DNA of 64,000 bases from the human T2T-CHM13v2.0 reference genome, Homo sapiens. The DNA is taken from assembly GCF_009914755.1 (NCBI RefSeq), contig NC_060947.1; one strand, given 5' to 3'. Position 1 is the first letter of the stretch. Each line of letters starts with the position of its first letter. The position numbers were made by a program, and so were the translations under genes. The notes under the pieces are model-generated. The model saw only the letters and a list, made by a program, of their open reading frames with translations. It searched no databases and was not told the origin of the DNA. This document shows positions 1 to 16,201 of the stretch, one piece after another.

Positions 1-189
1 GTGGTGGGGTTTTTTTGCCTTATATTTCATAAATATTTCTTGGTTGATTAAATGTCAATAATCGCTCATTTCTGGTTTGTAAAGCTGTTACCTGATCCTT
101 GAATACCACGAATATTTTGTACATTCTAAATAATTGAGAGAAAATAACAACGACAACAAAAAGACACAAATAAAAAGCATCTCCGCTTA

Positions 190-622
<433 letters not shown>

Positions 623-1136
623 CAAGAGCACGTCTTTTAAAATCAGTGCTGTCTGTGGGGTGGGAGGGGAGGAGAAGTAGATCTGGCCATGCTGAAAGGT
701 TCGTGCAGTGGCCTCCTGAGCTGCGCACATGCTTCTGGAGCTTTGGGTGGACATTTAGTCTGCATGTGGATCTCTGTCCAAGCCTGCACTGGGAGCCCCT
801 GCCCCAGGAAGCGAAGGCTGCATTTCTTTTATGTCAATTAACAGATTTCTGCCCCACCCTGGACATCTGAGCGTTAACTGATTTGTAAGGGAGGGGTGAG
901 GGAGGGTAAAATTACAATTCTATATCTTAACATTGGGGGTGAAGCATTTTTACCCTAGAGGAATTCTATCCAAACACATTAAACACTCTTAATAAGGGAC
1001 AAAGGGTTGGGACGTAGCGGTTAGGGGGCAAGCCCATGAGCCTCACTCCTTGTGCTCTCTCTCCAGGAATTGGAGAGGGAATCCTTTTGCTTAGCATTCC
1101 CACGCCTCCCACGGGCCTGGCACTGGGCCCGCGGGC

Positions 1137-1495
1137 TTGCCTTAGTCTCCTGGGCTGCCCTAACGCAGCACCACGTGCCGGGCGGCTGTAACAGCAGCCC
1201 GTAATTCTCCCACAGTCCTGGAGGTTCTAAGTCCCAGATCGAGGGGTCAGCAGGGTTGGTTCCTCCCTAGGCCTCTCTCCTGGGCTTGTAGATACTGTCT
1301 TCTCCCTGGGTCCTAACAAGGTCATCCCTCTGTGTGTGTCTGTGTCCCCTCATCTCTAGTCCTGTTGGATTAGGGCCCGTCCTAATGACCTCATTTTACC
1401 TTAGTTACCTCTTGAATGGCCCTAACTCCAAATGAACAGTCACATTCTGAGGTCCTGGGGCTTAAGGCTTCAGCATATGAGTTGGGAGTAGGGAT
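1137..1495 (-). mobile_element. MaLR solo LTR, MLT1B-like
   Basis: TAGTCTCCTGGGCTGCC...GGATTAGGGCCC...AATGACCTCATTTT...GTCACATTCTGAGGT match the reverse MLT1B consensus. Confidence 0.85.
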
Positions 1496-1504
1496 GTAAT
1501 ATGC

Positions 1505-1752
1505 CTAATGTCCAGAACAGGAAAATCCATAGAGGCAGAAAGTGGGTTCCTGCTTGCCAGGGCTGGGGACGGGCAGTGTGGGGTGACTGCTAGCCAGCAC
1601 AGGGTTTCTTCTGGAAGTGATGAAAGTGTTCTGGAATTAGACAGCGGTTGCAAAATTCTGAATGTATTAAAAACCACTGAATTGTACATTTTGAAAGAGT
1701 GAATTTCATGGTATGTGAATTATATCTCAGTAAAGTTGTTATAAACAAAAAC
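1505..1752 (+). mobile_element. L1MB (MB7/8-like) 3' end fragment
   Basis: ATGTCCAGAACAGGAAAATCCATAGAGGCAGAAAGT...GAATTGTACATTTT...GTATGTGAATTATATCTCA, typical L1MB 3' UTR. Confidence 0.85.
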
Positions 1753-3394
1753 TGTGAGGGTAAGAGGTAAAAGGAAGGGAGTTGAAAGCAGCATCAGGTG
1801 TGAACAGCCCATAATTCAGCCCATAGACGAGCGCGAACTCCTAGCACAGCTGTCTGTTGAAGATGTGCGTGAATGCTTGCTTTCCGCACCCTTCGGCCTG
1901 CTTTTCTCTACTCTCCAATTTCATCATACATTCTCTTCCTTCCTCCCCCTCCCCACTTTTTCAAAACGTTTCTTCTAGTCCTTACTTGTGGCTACACAAA
2001 ATTCCATAAACATAATGCTGCAGTTCAAAGAAGTGTTCTGATGGTAGGGAGATAACTTAGGAAAATATTTTACCTTTGGGGAAGTTTTGGTTTCCTTCTG
2101 AGTGAAAACCCTCCATGAAAGAGAAACTTAAATGCAGTTTTCAAATGCTCCTGAGACATTCCCAGCCTTTTCTTTGTGGAGAAGTGAAGGCAGGACAATT
2201 TCCAAGGCAAAGAGGGACCTATCGCAGACAGCAGACCCCAAGTAAAGAAAGGCACAGTGATGGTGGGTATTCGTGCAGTGTTTTGAAAATGTGGAGGTCA
2301 GGGATGCTAGCTTACCAGGCCAGCATGATCAAGTTACGAGAAATGGAGACCAGGACACTACCTCTGCTGGGTGTGCTGCTCCGGGCTCCTTCGAAAGGGG
2401 AAGCAGCTGGTGGACTTCCTTGGGCTGTGGTTAAATGGGGCTCCCATAGGTGCCATGAAGGCTCTGCAGAGCCAGGGATGCTTGCACCCTGGAGAGACCT
2501 TGCTCCAGGAGCTCAGGAGCTGGTAGGGGTGGTGACAGTGAAGCACCGGCTTGCCGTGCCCAGTGCTTGGGCAGTGCTGAGCTCCGAGGGAGGAACCCAG
2601 AACCATGCGGGAGCAAGGGAGGGAGGCAGGCGAGGAGAAGGGTTGCCCAGGAGCCTGCAGGTCGGGTCGGTGTTGTATCAAATTGTCTTTTCCTGCTTTG
2701 CTGTCTGATCCCACTAAAGACTAGCCAGAGAGATGTGGAGGTGAAAAATGGTGGACAGCCATTTTTCTCCCTTTCACTGTGTCTACAATGTCTGTTTCAT
2801 ATCAACAGCAACATCTGTGCAGGCATCCTAATGAGTATAAATAATGTCTTCAGAAAACTGGGTTTGTGAGGCTCCTGTCATCTGAATTTCTTTCATCATT
2901 TAAGTGATGATTTTTTACTCATTGACATACAGTTGTTATTTAGTGGCCACGTATTATTCGTATAGGGTTCTTTATGTGCTTTCTGTGTACATTTGTTTTC
3001 GTGCTCATCGTATTTCAGTGTGGCTTATATATAATAAGATGCACCTGTTCTTAGCTATTGTGGACTTTTTTTAAAAAAAGGTTTATAGAGATATGATTCA
3101 CATACCAAACACCCATTTAAGTGCCTAATTCAACAGTTCTTAATACCCTAATTTAAAAAAAAAATACAGTGTTGAGTATTTTCCTTTTCTCGTTTTTCAC
3201 TAAAGTAGACTCAGGATTGGGGTTATCTGTCAGTCCCTTGGTTTGATTCTTGGCTGCCAGTGTTTACTGGGGACGGATGTTGGTACCTCCCTTAATAGGA
3301 TATTGTTACAGCATTTTACAAATTCTGGTTAAAAAAAGTCCCACATGAGATCTCCCCTCTTCCCCCCTCTCTGAGTGTAGGCATTGTCAGCTGC

Positions 3395-3560
3395 AGTTGT
3401 CCAGCATCTCCAGGACTCTTTTCATTTGCGGGATGGAAACAATGTACCCTCTGAACAACTCCTCCCTGTTTCTCCTCCCTCCAGCTCCTGGCAACCACTA
3501 TTCCACTCCCTGCTTCTTTGAATTTCACAACTTGAGGTAGCTTGTGTAAGTGGAATTATT
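3395..3560 (-). mobile_element. L1MB 3' UTR fragment
   Basis: CTCCAGCTCCTGGCAACCACTATTCCACT...GTAAGTGGAATTAT. Confidence 0.7.
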
Positions 3561-4796
3561 TTAAAAGCTGGTTCATGTTAAAGTGCTTAGAACAGAGCTT
3601 GGTGAGCATCCGGTCAACAGTAAGTACTTTTATTATTCTTTTTATATTACTCTTTTTTTTTAAAGAGGCCAGACACATGGGCTTCTGTCTTTTCACAGCT
3701 TGGGATCTGTGCAGACCCAGGCTTCCAGAAGCCATCCCACTTGAATTCTTACTCCCTTTTCCCCTAAAAAGAAGCTCTGAAATCCTAATTGTCAAGAAGG
3801 CTTTGCCTGCTGTGCATGCCTGAGTAATGTTATTTTTGTCATTATTTGAGAGACAGAGAGGAAGCTTCCAGTCCCCTGTAAGGAAACGAAATCATCGTGC
3901 ACAGATGTGGTTCTGTTTATAGAGGGAAGGAAATGGAGGTGAAGAGTGTGTGTGGCTTGCAGCCAGGCTTGCGAGTGTGCAGAGGAATAAACTTTTTTGC
4001 CTCCAGAGTTTTAACTGGAAATGTGTCTGAATTCTACCTCCTGGGCACACTGGCCTGAGGTCTCCCCTGCATACCTGATCGTGAAAGTCTTCGGGTGTGT
4101 TTGTAAACACGCAGCCCCCCTGATGTGAGAGTCAGCACAAACTTCTAAAGATGCGATGATGAATTCTATCAGAGAAGTCTTTCTGGTTTTGTGAAAATAA
4201 CCTTGCACTCTTTAATTATATCCAAATGATCAAATCTGGCTCTGATGTCTTGTCAAAATTAATGTTAAAGGACAGTGCCCTTTATATTTTACTTGTCTGG
4301 GTATAAACATCCTAGTCTTTAAAGTTGAGTCTGTAGGACTACCTCTCTACTTGATTACTCTGAAAAGAGTGTATAGAGTGAGTTTTTAAAATGGAATTAG
4401 TGTGCATACGAGGAACAGAGTGACATTTAACAAATCCTTCAATAGATAGTGCTGGTATGAGGATTGGTGAAACTAGAGGTAGGGAATGAGCATTTTTGGT
4501 TCTGTATCATATTCCCAAGACATTTTCAAATGATTCACCCTTTGCCATCAGAATGGTTTGAAATCGATCAGCCTGAATCCACTAATGTGGGCTGCGGCAC
4601 ATGAATTTTAACACTAGAAGCACACGGTTGTGCTGTGTTTCAAATGAACTCTGGCCATTTGAAGTGAGCAGGCATAGGCAGTCTTCTGTCCTGTGATAAC
4701 CTCAGTACATATCCTTTCTGTTTTTTAAAGTACCTTACAAGCTGCTGCATTACAGTCGTTATTATTGGGCCATTACAAAAAGCTGTCCAATTTTAA

Positions 4797-5134
<338 letters not shown>

Positions 5135-5892
5135 AAAATTGAGCACTTTTATCATGTAGTATTCATGTCTTACTGGCAATGCCCTGTAAAGTTAAATAAG
5201 TTACATTTGTCTTGCACAGGTAATAATTATGAGGTAATTTCCACAGAATCCAAGGGCCTCATTGACTTTGCTATAAAATCAAAACAGTGAATTCTGATAA
5301 GACTAGACGCATGTTACTCTTAAATTGGGCTGTCTCCTGGCCACTGTTGTGCCTTTAACCTCAGCAGAAGGGGAGCTGGGCTGCAGAGTGAAATTACCCG
5401 GAGGTCAAATATTGCTAATTTGACTTTTATCATAGAGACATTTTCTCCTCTCGCACCAAGGCAGTGGCTTTAATCCCTCTTTCAGTGGTGAGACAGGTGC
5501 AAAGCGTTTACAAAAGGCTTTCTCTTGTTTTGAATGCGCCAAGAAAGATTTCCAGGCCGTTAAGTTACCAATCCTTCTTTTTAAGTCTTGAAGCAATTAC
5601 TGTAAGGTCAATCCACTAATTTCCTTTCAGAGTTACCAAAGACCTCTCATGTAATCATTTGGTACTTGTTGCCATGTAGCCAGTATCACTGAGTGCTTTT
5701 ACTGTGAGCAAAGCACAATGCATCGGGCAGGGAGGGATCCAAAGGGATCTTGGTTTTTACCTTTGAGCCATCTGTGGTCTTGAGTGATCTACGTGCATTA
5801 GCAATTAAAAGGTCCTGATATTCTTGTTTGGGCATATTGAAAAATGTGCTCTTACAGATAGGTTTCCTCTCTCTACTGCCCCCCGCCCCCCA

Positions 5893-6365
5893 ATTTTTTT
5901 TATTGTGGTAAAATACATAAAACAGAATTTACCATCATAACCATTTCTAAGTACACTGTTCAACAGCATTAAATATTCATTACATTGTGCAATCCTCACC
6001 ACGATCCATCTGCAGAACTTTTTCATCATACCAAACAGAAAACTGCCCCATTAAACACAAACTCCCTATTCTTCCCTCCCCACAGCCCCAGCAACCAACG
6101 TTCTACTTTCTCTCTCTATGATTTTGACACTCTAGGGACCTTTTATATGTGGGATCATATGGTATTTGTCCTTTTGCGTCTGGCTTAGCACAAGTTTCAT
6201 CCATGTCATAGCATGCGTCAGAATTTCCTTCCTTTTTAAGGCTGTATAATATTCCAGTGTATGGATGGACTACACTCTGTTTATCCACTCATCTGTCAGA
6301 GGACACATGGGTGGCTTTCACCTTTTGGCTGTTGTGGATAATGCTGCTATGAGCATTGGCATATG
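5893..6365 (-). mobile_element. L1MB (MB3/4-like) 3' end
   Basis: TTTTATTGTGGTAAAATACATAA...CCCAGCAACCAACGTTCTACTTTC...TTTAAGGCTGTATAATATTCC. Confidence 0.9.
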
Positions 6366-6384
6366 TTTACTTCTCATTGATTTA

Positions 6385-6435
6385 AGTTTACATAGTCATG
6401 TGTGGCTAGTGGCTGCTGTATTAGACAGGACAACC
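6385..6435. mobile_element. MER3/MER33 (hAT-Charlie) terminal fragment
   Basis: ATGTGTGGCTAGTGGCTGCTGTATTAGACAG. Confidence 0.6.
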
Positions 6436-7869
6436 CTAGGCCTGATAGCCCTGAGGACCTAGTTTGGGTGGGAAGACAGGGGTGACCTGCAGCGAGTTGT
6501 CGGCTGGGGGCCTTGGTGAGAGCCAGATCTGGGTTGTGAGGCCACTCGAGGCAGGGGGAATGGTGTGGCGGGAAGTGAGGCCCAAAATGAGAATTTCAGA
6601 GTTGAAAGCTTTGGAAGTAACATGATGCTCTATGACTGTGACCAGACTCAACTGCACCAATGTGCATCTGAGATCAGGTCATTGGCGTTGAAATCGTGAA
6701 ATGCTCACTGCTTGGGACGTTTGCACTGTGCTTGATGTCTGGAGGTTCCGTTAATGTTAAAATAGCAATTATGGGACTGGAGATTAGGTTTAATGTCTGG
6801 GTTTTTTCCACTGTCTTCAAAAGCCCGGGTCTTAGTAGTAACCATGCTGCTCCCCATTTTAGTAATTTCAGCCTGGTTTATGTTGCTCAATAGCAGAAAA
6901 GCGGTTCAGATTTCCTTTGGATATCATGGACCATATGTTTGCCCAGGTATCCTTTCTTATTGGGAACTATCAAATAGTTAACACAGATTTCTCCAAGGGC
7001 ACCGACTGGGAAATTAGTTTACCAAAGATAAATTTGGTAAAAGGAAAGTTTTTATGTGCGCTATCCTTAAACTAAGACACATCTGTCGAAATATTAGGAC
7101 GTGCCCAGTCTCCCATCCTCTGCTGAAACTTTAGACTGTACGTCCTTCAGATATCTTCTCTTTGGTGCTTTGTTTGGGAACAGATTAGCCTCATACTTCC
7201 TCGCTTGTAAAACTGCTATCCCATCTCTTGCTCAATGCTTTTCTTGTACCGAAGGGTGAGGGGGAGGTTCCAGCTCTGTTTTCTGTATCAGTTTCCTGGG
7301 TGATGTTTGTTTGAGGGTGCCTTGTGTCCAGAGCCCCAGAAGGTGTTTCCGTTCTCTGATGAGCCTGAAGTCTGCATGCTTCGCCTTTGGTAGGGAAAGG
7401 CAGCTGGGGAAAGGTTGCATGGCCCAGTGCCAGGGTGCCAGAGTGCGTGTGCACCTGCTGGGGAGAAGCCCGCTGGGGCCCCTCCTCTCAGCACAAGATG
7501 AGGCCTCAGGGCAGTGCAGCAGATGGAGGGCTTAGCTGTCCTTGCCAGCAAAAGCTGCTGGGAACGTGGCACTCAGATAACAGGACGGTTGAGAAGCGGT
7601 GAGTTAGGGTTACTCTGATGGGGAGATACTGAGAGGAGGGGATGACAGTCTTGATTTCTGTTCCCTTTGTGAATCTTTTGGTGGCCAAAATGAGGAAAAG
7701 GATACATTGTGTTTGAGGACAACAAGGAACATCTAGGCACATTGCATACTTGATTAAATGCACAAAGAGCTTCTTGTGACCTTTATCACAAGAGTGTGGT
7801 TCTATGAAGGTCGTAGGTACAATAGAAATTGTGTTGGTCTGAGAGTTACTCAGATTAGGGTGCATTGTG

Positions 7870-8048
7870 TCACCACCATTTTGCATAGCTGTGGCACCTT
7901 GTCAAGTTAACCTTTTCCTGCTTGCTTTTCCTAATCAGAAGAATGAAGTTGACCGTATGTACTCTATAAGGTGGTTGTGTGAGGTCAATGAGATTACATA
8001 GGCAAAATCTTGGTGCAGGGGCACTTGGTAAAGGTTAGTTTCTGTTAT
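7870..8048 (+). mobile_element. MIR SINE
   Basis: GCTGTGGCACCTTGTCAAGTTAACCT...GGTTGTGTGAGGTCAATGAGATTA; degenerate MIR core and tail. Confidence 0.7.
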
Positions 8049-8084
8049 AAATTTGGGGTATTCTGTGATGATTCCTACTCCCCT

Positions 8085-8370
8085 CTTCTCCTCATGGCTA
8101 AGTTCTACTTATTCTTTGACGTGGCTCCGATATCACTTTCCTCAGGAAGCCCGGTTTCCCACCCAGATGGCTTTGGGCTACTCATCAGTGTTCTGTAAAA
8201 TGCTGAGAATATTGTTTATAGCACTTCTGGGTTGTTTTGTGATAGTCTTTTGAGATATCTGTCTCCTCACCAAACTGTTCTTTGTGTCATGGGCAGGCCC
8301 ACGTCATCCTCGTCTTTGTAGTCCTGCACCTGGCACAGAGCCTGGCACATAGCTCAGTCAAACAGGTGAA
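8085..8370 (+). mobile_element. L2 3' end
   Basis: CACTTTCCTCAGGAAGCC...CACCTGGCACAGAGCCTGGCACATAG. Confidence 0.7.
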
Positions 8371-11300
8371 GACTGGGTTATTACATCTTCCCACTCCACC
8401 CCCTTCATTATCAAGTCGTGGTCAGGGCATGCCCCACCAAATGCAAACCCTACTAGGCAGTACAGCTGAGACTTGGAACTAGACTAACCCAGTGACTCAG
8501 AAATGTGCCACAGGACTTATTTGGCTCTAGATGGGGTCTTAAAAGACATTCATAGTTGCAGGCAGAACAGAATATCCAGAACAGGTGCAGAATAACCTGT
8601 GTGTACACAGTAGGTGGTAGTTATAATGCAGGAAGAATTTGGCACAAGAAGTGTTACAGTTTAAAATGAAGTCATGGGCCCTATCCACACTGGGGACAGA
8701 GATAATAGTAACTAATCATCATCACTGTCATCACTAGCCCATTGTCAGAGGTAGCACTGAACACTTATGCGTTAGCCAGGATTTGGGTTCTAGAGGGTTT
8801 AGTGTACTAGTTGGGTTACCAAGACAAAGATGCAGGCATGGGGTGCAAGTTAACAAAGGTTATACACTAGGTGGCAACTGACTCACAGGAGCCTGGTTAT
8901 TGCAGCGGTTGTGGCCAGAGCCATACAAGTGTTCTGATGCCCCTCAACTGTGTTGAAATTTGTTTGAGGCCAACCAAGTCAGCTGGCGAGGGGGAAGGCA
9001 AGCCAGAGAGAAATTGTGAACCAGAAAGGCCCCACCTCTGGCAGTGGCTCTTCCATTGGAGATGAAGTCTTCTTGCCCTGTTTTTCTCTTTAAAAAAGTG
9101 AGCCATTTCACAAGGGAAGTTAAATTAAAAACTGTGCTTGTTAGCGCGGAGCTGGGACAACCGAGGGAAGTGATGCCAAAGGCAATTGTTGGTCTTTCCT
9201 TCAAATATGTGCTGACTTAGGAAGAGCAAAATGTTTTATATTAACAATTAACAAAAGACTAAGTCTTTCATCACAAACAAGTCTAAATTCAGTGGTTAGG
9301 TCAGTATTATATTTTCCTATAGTTTTAAATAAGATGCTTATGTATTCACTAGTGCTTTGGATGTTCTTTGGAAAAATCTCCAATTTAGTGACAAGCCCCA
9401 GGAAATATTACTCTTAGTTGGTCCAGCATCCTATATTGTTTGTGAAATCCCTCTTTTATTGTCTTTTAAAGGTTGTAAAATGCTTTTTCTGTCAATAATC
9501 AGAGAAGGATGCCGCATTCATATTACCCCAGTTTCCAACTCAACCTCTCCTTTCCAATTGAAAACAAAAGTCAGAATTCACTTTTTGTTGTGGGGCATTA
9601 AGTAGTAAGCAAAGAGATTTCACTCGCCAGGGAAAAGAAGGAGCCTGCAAATCAGACAATATCAAAACATAACCAAACCATATAAAAACACAAAAATGTT
9701 GCTTGGCAGAATTTAACTATAATTAATTGTACTAATTTAATATTGTAGACACAAATGATCATAAAGCCATATGGTACAATCCTTTTGTTCATGAATTTCT
9801 TATTCATCAAATGTTAGGTACGTAATGTGGGAAAGCCAGTATGTTGGGCTTCGTGCTACCAGGGCTAGAGTTGACCAGTTCAGCTTTGTTTCTCCAGTGA
9901 CCAAAAAAAAAAAGGTATCTGCCTTGCACATGAAAACACTGGATGGTTAGATTGGATTTAGCCAACAACAAACTGCAAAAATCGGTTCTGGCTAACTGAA
10001 GCTCACAGGGTTTATTAGAGTTGTTGGAGCCCATGGGAACTGATGGAGGGCAAGGAGGCTTGTCGTGCAGGAGCAGCAGGAACCAAGGAAGCTTTGCAGA
10101 GATGAGAAACAAAAAACAGGGAACACAGCAACATTTGCTGTGTCAGGAACGACTGCCACTGGTGGCCTGGACACCATCACAGCCGCAGAAGATACTTAAG
10201 ACACATTTCTGTTCTAGTGTTGGTAGTTCAAGATTCAAAGTATGTGTGAAAGTGAGTGTGTGTGCATAGGCAGAGTAGCTAATTGGTTGAGTTGGGGTCC
10301 ATGTGCCCACCTCCAGGTTGGACCAGGGGACAAGCCATGCAGCGTTTTGGTCACCCCTCACTTGGCAGTATTCCCACCAGGAATGACCCTCGCTAGGATT
10401 TGAGGGGCCTGGAGTCACTACTTACTAATTTTCTTAAAGTTGACAACGATCACAAACTTCATGGTCTGGGAAAATGTGAATTAATTGCCTGATCCACCTT
10501 CATATCTTTTTTCTTTTCTTTTTTCTTTTTTTTTTTTTTTAACAAAAATCTGTATATTCATAGATTGTCTCTTCCTCTGCTAGTGGTTTTGCAGTAGCAT
10601 TTTCAGGTGAGGAAACAACAACAGAGTTTAGGGTCCAGCTCTGTCATTGCCATTGTTGTAGCGATTTACAAGTTGTTACTGCTAGTATGAACTTTTGCCT
10701 AGTTAAATTTTGGAAACTTGCCTGTAATTGCATTTGATGGATGATAAAAATTGATAAATGACTTGATAAGTGATAAAAATTCTACGGAAGAATTTTCCAT
10801 GGACTGGCTTCTGGCTTTGATCCTTTCCAACTGTGCTTCTCCTACCCTCAGGCCGCCCCTATCATGCTGTGCTTGTCTGGCCCCACTCACCCTGTCCTGA
10901 CACTGGATGATTTATTTCCAAATGAATTGCTCCTGGAAGCCATTCCAACACCATTACAACCGGCGGCAACACAGCTGTCTTGGATACTCCTGGACCATAT
11001 AGATAGATGTAACCACAGCATTCCGGTAGCTCCCACTTCCCCAGCATTTTCTTTTAGAATGGGGGCATCAGAGTTGAAGGAGGTAACTGTGGGTAGTGTG
11101 TCTTGTCTTTGGAAATTTTCATCATGACCTGAGCTTGTGAACACTCTGCCTTGGCCCCGCCTCGCACTTTGGAAGAGACTGGAGCAGGAGCGGGCAGCGT
11201 TGCCTTCGCAGCATGGTAACTTCTCTCAGCGCTGTTTGTAAAGCAGAATGGGAGAGGAAACTCCCCAGAGGGAAACTGGGACCCTGTTAGGTAGGGCTAG

Positions 11301-13141
11301 CAAGAGGTGGTTAAAACGTAAGCATCCGCTGCACCAGACTGTATTCTCCACGACTGTATATTTTTTGTTGTTCATAAGAGCCCCGAATTGCAATGAGTAC
11401 GATTTTCCCTGGACGCTGCAGTGTATGGAGAAGCTGTCACTTGTCACATGACAGCTCAGTCATTCGATCCCTGGGTGCTGCAGAGAGGGAAGAATTGGCC
11501 TCGCAGTGGGGAGTGAGTGCCAGCCCGTGGCCTGTCCCCTGCCACGTGTCACCATACTGAACGTTTGTGTGTGCTCTGTGTGTTTTCAAAACACCTTCAT
11601 GTCACCTGCCCCGGACTCCTCCCTGTGAGCAAGGCAGGGTGGGCGTTACCATCCCTCTGGACCAACAAGGACAGAACAGCTTGAGACGCACAGGGTGGCT
11701 TCCCCATGGCTGCGGAGGCATAGAAAGTGAGGGCACGGGACGTGAATCCGTGTGCTGGGATTCTGGCCGCCTGTGCCTGCCGATCACCCTCAGTGCCTCC
11801 CTGGATTTGATTTTGTGGCTCTTCTGGGTGTGCGTGTGAGTGTGTTGTGGGTAAGTCTGTTGTCTAGGGGAAGGAACGGGAAATCATCCGGCCAGGAATC
11901 TCTGTGGGGTGGTCGGCTTGAGTTGGCCATATCCAAGCTCTGCGTGTGTCTCACTTTTCAGAGTAGCAGGAAGGCCGGGTGACTTTGAAATCAGATGGGT
12001 ATTTTCCTGATTCGAAGAGACTTGGCTTCTTCCCCCGCCCCTCCTTCTCCCTCCTCCCCCCTCCTCCCTCTTGCTGGCTCACAAACTCAATGGGGCATCC
12101 CAGCCCACCCATGGGAGGCCAGGAGAAAGAGGAGGCAGAGCTGTCAGAGTGTGGCCCTTCGTCTTGGGGGTGTGCAAGTGACCGCTCCTGCCCCTTGATG
12201 GCTCTCCTGTTTCGGGTATAAGGGATGTTGTCCAAACCATGTGTGGGACTCTCTGTTGACAGTTGTTTTTAAATTGCCTGTTTAATTGAGCTTCTCTAAA
12301 GTCTTCTTTGTGCCAAGTATCGGGACAGGTGATAGAAATAGAAAATTCGACACAAATCGAAAATTCCAGTATCAAAAATGACAGCGATGTACCCTTGCCC
12401 CTTAACGCAGCCAAGAAACAGGGGTGAAGGGCTACTCTCCACATATGGAGCAGGCCACCACCCTTGAGTGACAGTAGCCGAACACAGAACATTCTCTGCA
12501 GATGTCACTGAGGCTTAAACTCATTATGTTTTAAAGGGATAATCTGCTATTCTTAAGAAAACAAAAAACAATCACAAATCTCCCTGCCCTCCCCACCCCT
12601 GCCCCCACTTAGATCCTGGTAGGGTCTGGCAGGGGGAGTTTTGCAAGGAGTTGGGGCAAATTACTCCAGCAGATACTTCCACCCCGTATCCCAAGAAATG
12701 TGTGTAAATGCTGTTATGAATTAATTTAAAGGTATTCCAAACTCCTACTAATTATTATGTGTTTGCTCAAGTCAAGATCAGGAGAAGTACAGGCATTGCT
12801 ATCCCATGGGGCCTGTGAAACTCTGGTGAGGTGTCCTAGTGGAAGAGCTTGGGGCCCCATGGTGTCTGGAAAGCGGGCTCCACTGGAGATTCTGGCTGTT
12901 TTCAGCTTGATGCACACGGGGTCCCCTGGAGAATGCCAGGCCTGCCTGAGTGTGCAGAGGTGAGGGATCCTCACACTGCCCAGCATGTACGTGGCTGGGA
13001 GACTCCAGAGAGACATGCAAAAGTGCTGTTAACTAGACGGCGTGGTACAAATGCAAAGTGAGTGGGTTTTTTTTTTTCCTTAAACGACAGTGAACATTCA
13101 TTTCAATATTTATTTTGCTTATTTTAATATTTTACTCAATG

Positions 13142-13448
<307 letters not shown>

Positions 13449-13542
13449 TCAATATTTATTTCAATACAGAAACGGACTTAATTGGGTATTTTGTTGAAGG
13501 CAAATAGTAGCAAAGTGGGACTGGTGTGAGGCAGTGGAATAA

Positions 13543-14144
<602 letters not shown>

Positions 14145-14798
14145 TTCAAACCCTCAGAAAAGCTTAAAGAATAGATTCATGGATCGTTAAACATTTTTAC
14201 CAAATGTATGTTTTCTCTCATTACTCTAAGGTTGCTCCCTTTCCCCCCTCACTCTCCTCTTCTCCTTCCCTTCACTCCATGGATGTGTAGGACATTCTCC
14301 TACAAAACCATAGTACTTACATTCTTGAGGTTGTCACACCTCATAATTAAACATATGATGGTTTTATTAAGTATGCTGTCACATGTAAATTTCTCCAGTT
14401 GTTTGATCCAAGTTGTACTCATGGATAGTGTATTGTATTTTACGTCTCTTTAGTCTTCTGTATTGTAGAGGAGTCCCCCAACCTTCTTCTATGACATAGG
14501 AGTTTGGGGATTTGTCTGTTTCCCGATGTGATTAGAGTGATGTTGAACAGTTTTGGCAGGAACGCTGCACAGCTGATGATTATATTTCCCATTGCATCCC
14601 CTCAGGAACTCAGAATCTCCTTCTCCATCCTTGGTGAAGGTGTATTCACCAGATGGCTCCCTGTTGAAGCTCCCTTCTCTCTGTTACCAATGAGTAATCT
14701 GTGCTATGATACAGTGAGATGGTGTGATTATTCTGTTCCTCACAGTGGTTTTCCTTTGGTGGTTTTAGCATCCACTGATTACCATAAATTAATTAGTC

Positions 14799-15260
<462 letters not shown>

Positions 15261-15352
15261 ACATTTTTGGTCAAAAAATGATGCATTTCTAATTCTTCTA
15301 TTCATTTTTCATTTAGTAGTTGGCATTCTTAAAGAAGAGCTTTCTGTTTTGA

Positions 15353-15699
<347 letters not shown>

Positions 15700-15881
15700 T
15701 TATTCTTAATTTTTAAAAGTGTGTTATACGTTGTTGTCATTACATTATTCTTTTAGATACACAATGTTGCCCTAAATTTGCCCAGTGGGAACCCCTCCAG
15801 GCTGGGCACTGTGTTCTTCTGTCACGCCCCCTTCAGGATGGGGCCTGGGTTCTTTTGTTATGCTCCTCTAAGGCCCTTTAA

Positions 15882-16201
<320 letters not shown>

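Noticed and set aside
2115-2708. 197-aa ORF in unique sequence
   Set aside because: No recognisable domain, overlapping ORFs on both strands in a GC-rich patch, and no supporting gene structure.
10597-10617. TTTTCAG|GTGAGG recursive-splice-like site (also 28860-28875 and ~44030)
   Set aside because: These resemble the MIR core TTTTACAGATGAGGAAAC or lie inside an L1; the apparent ~10-kb spacing with other sites is probably chance.
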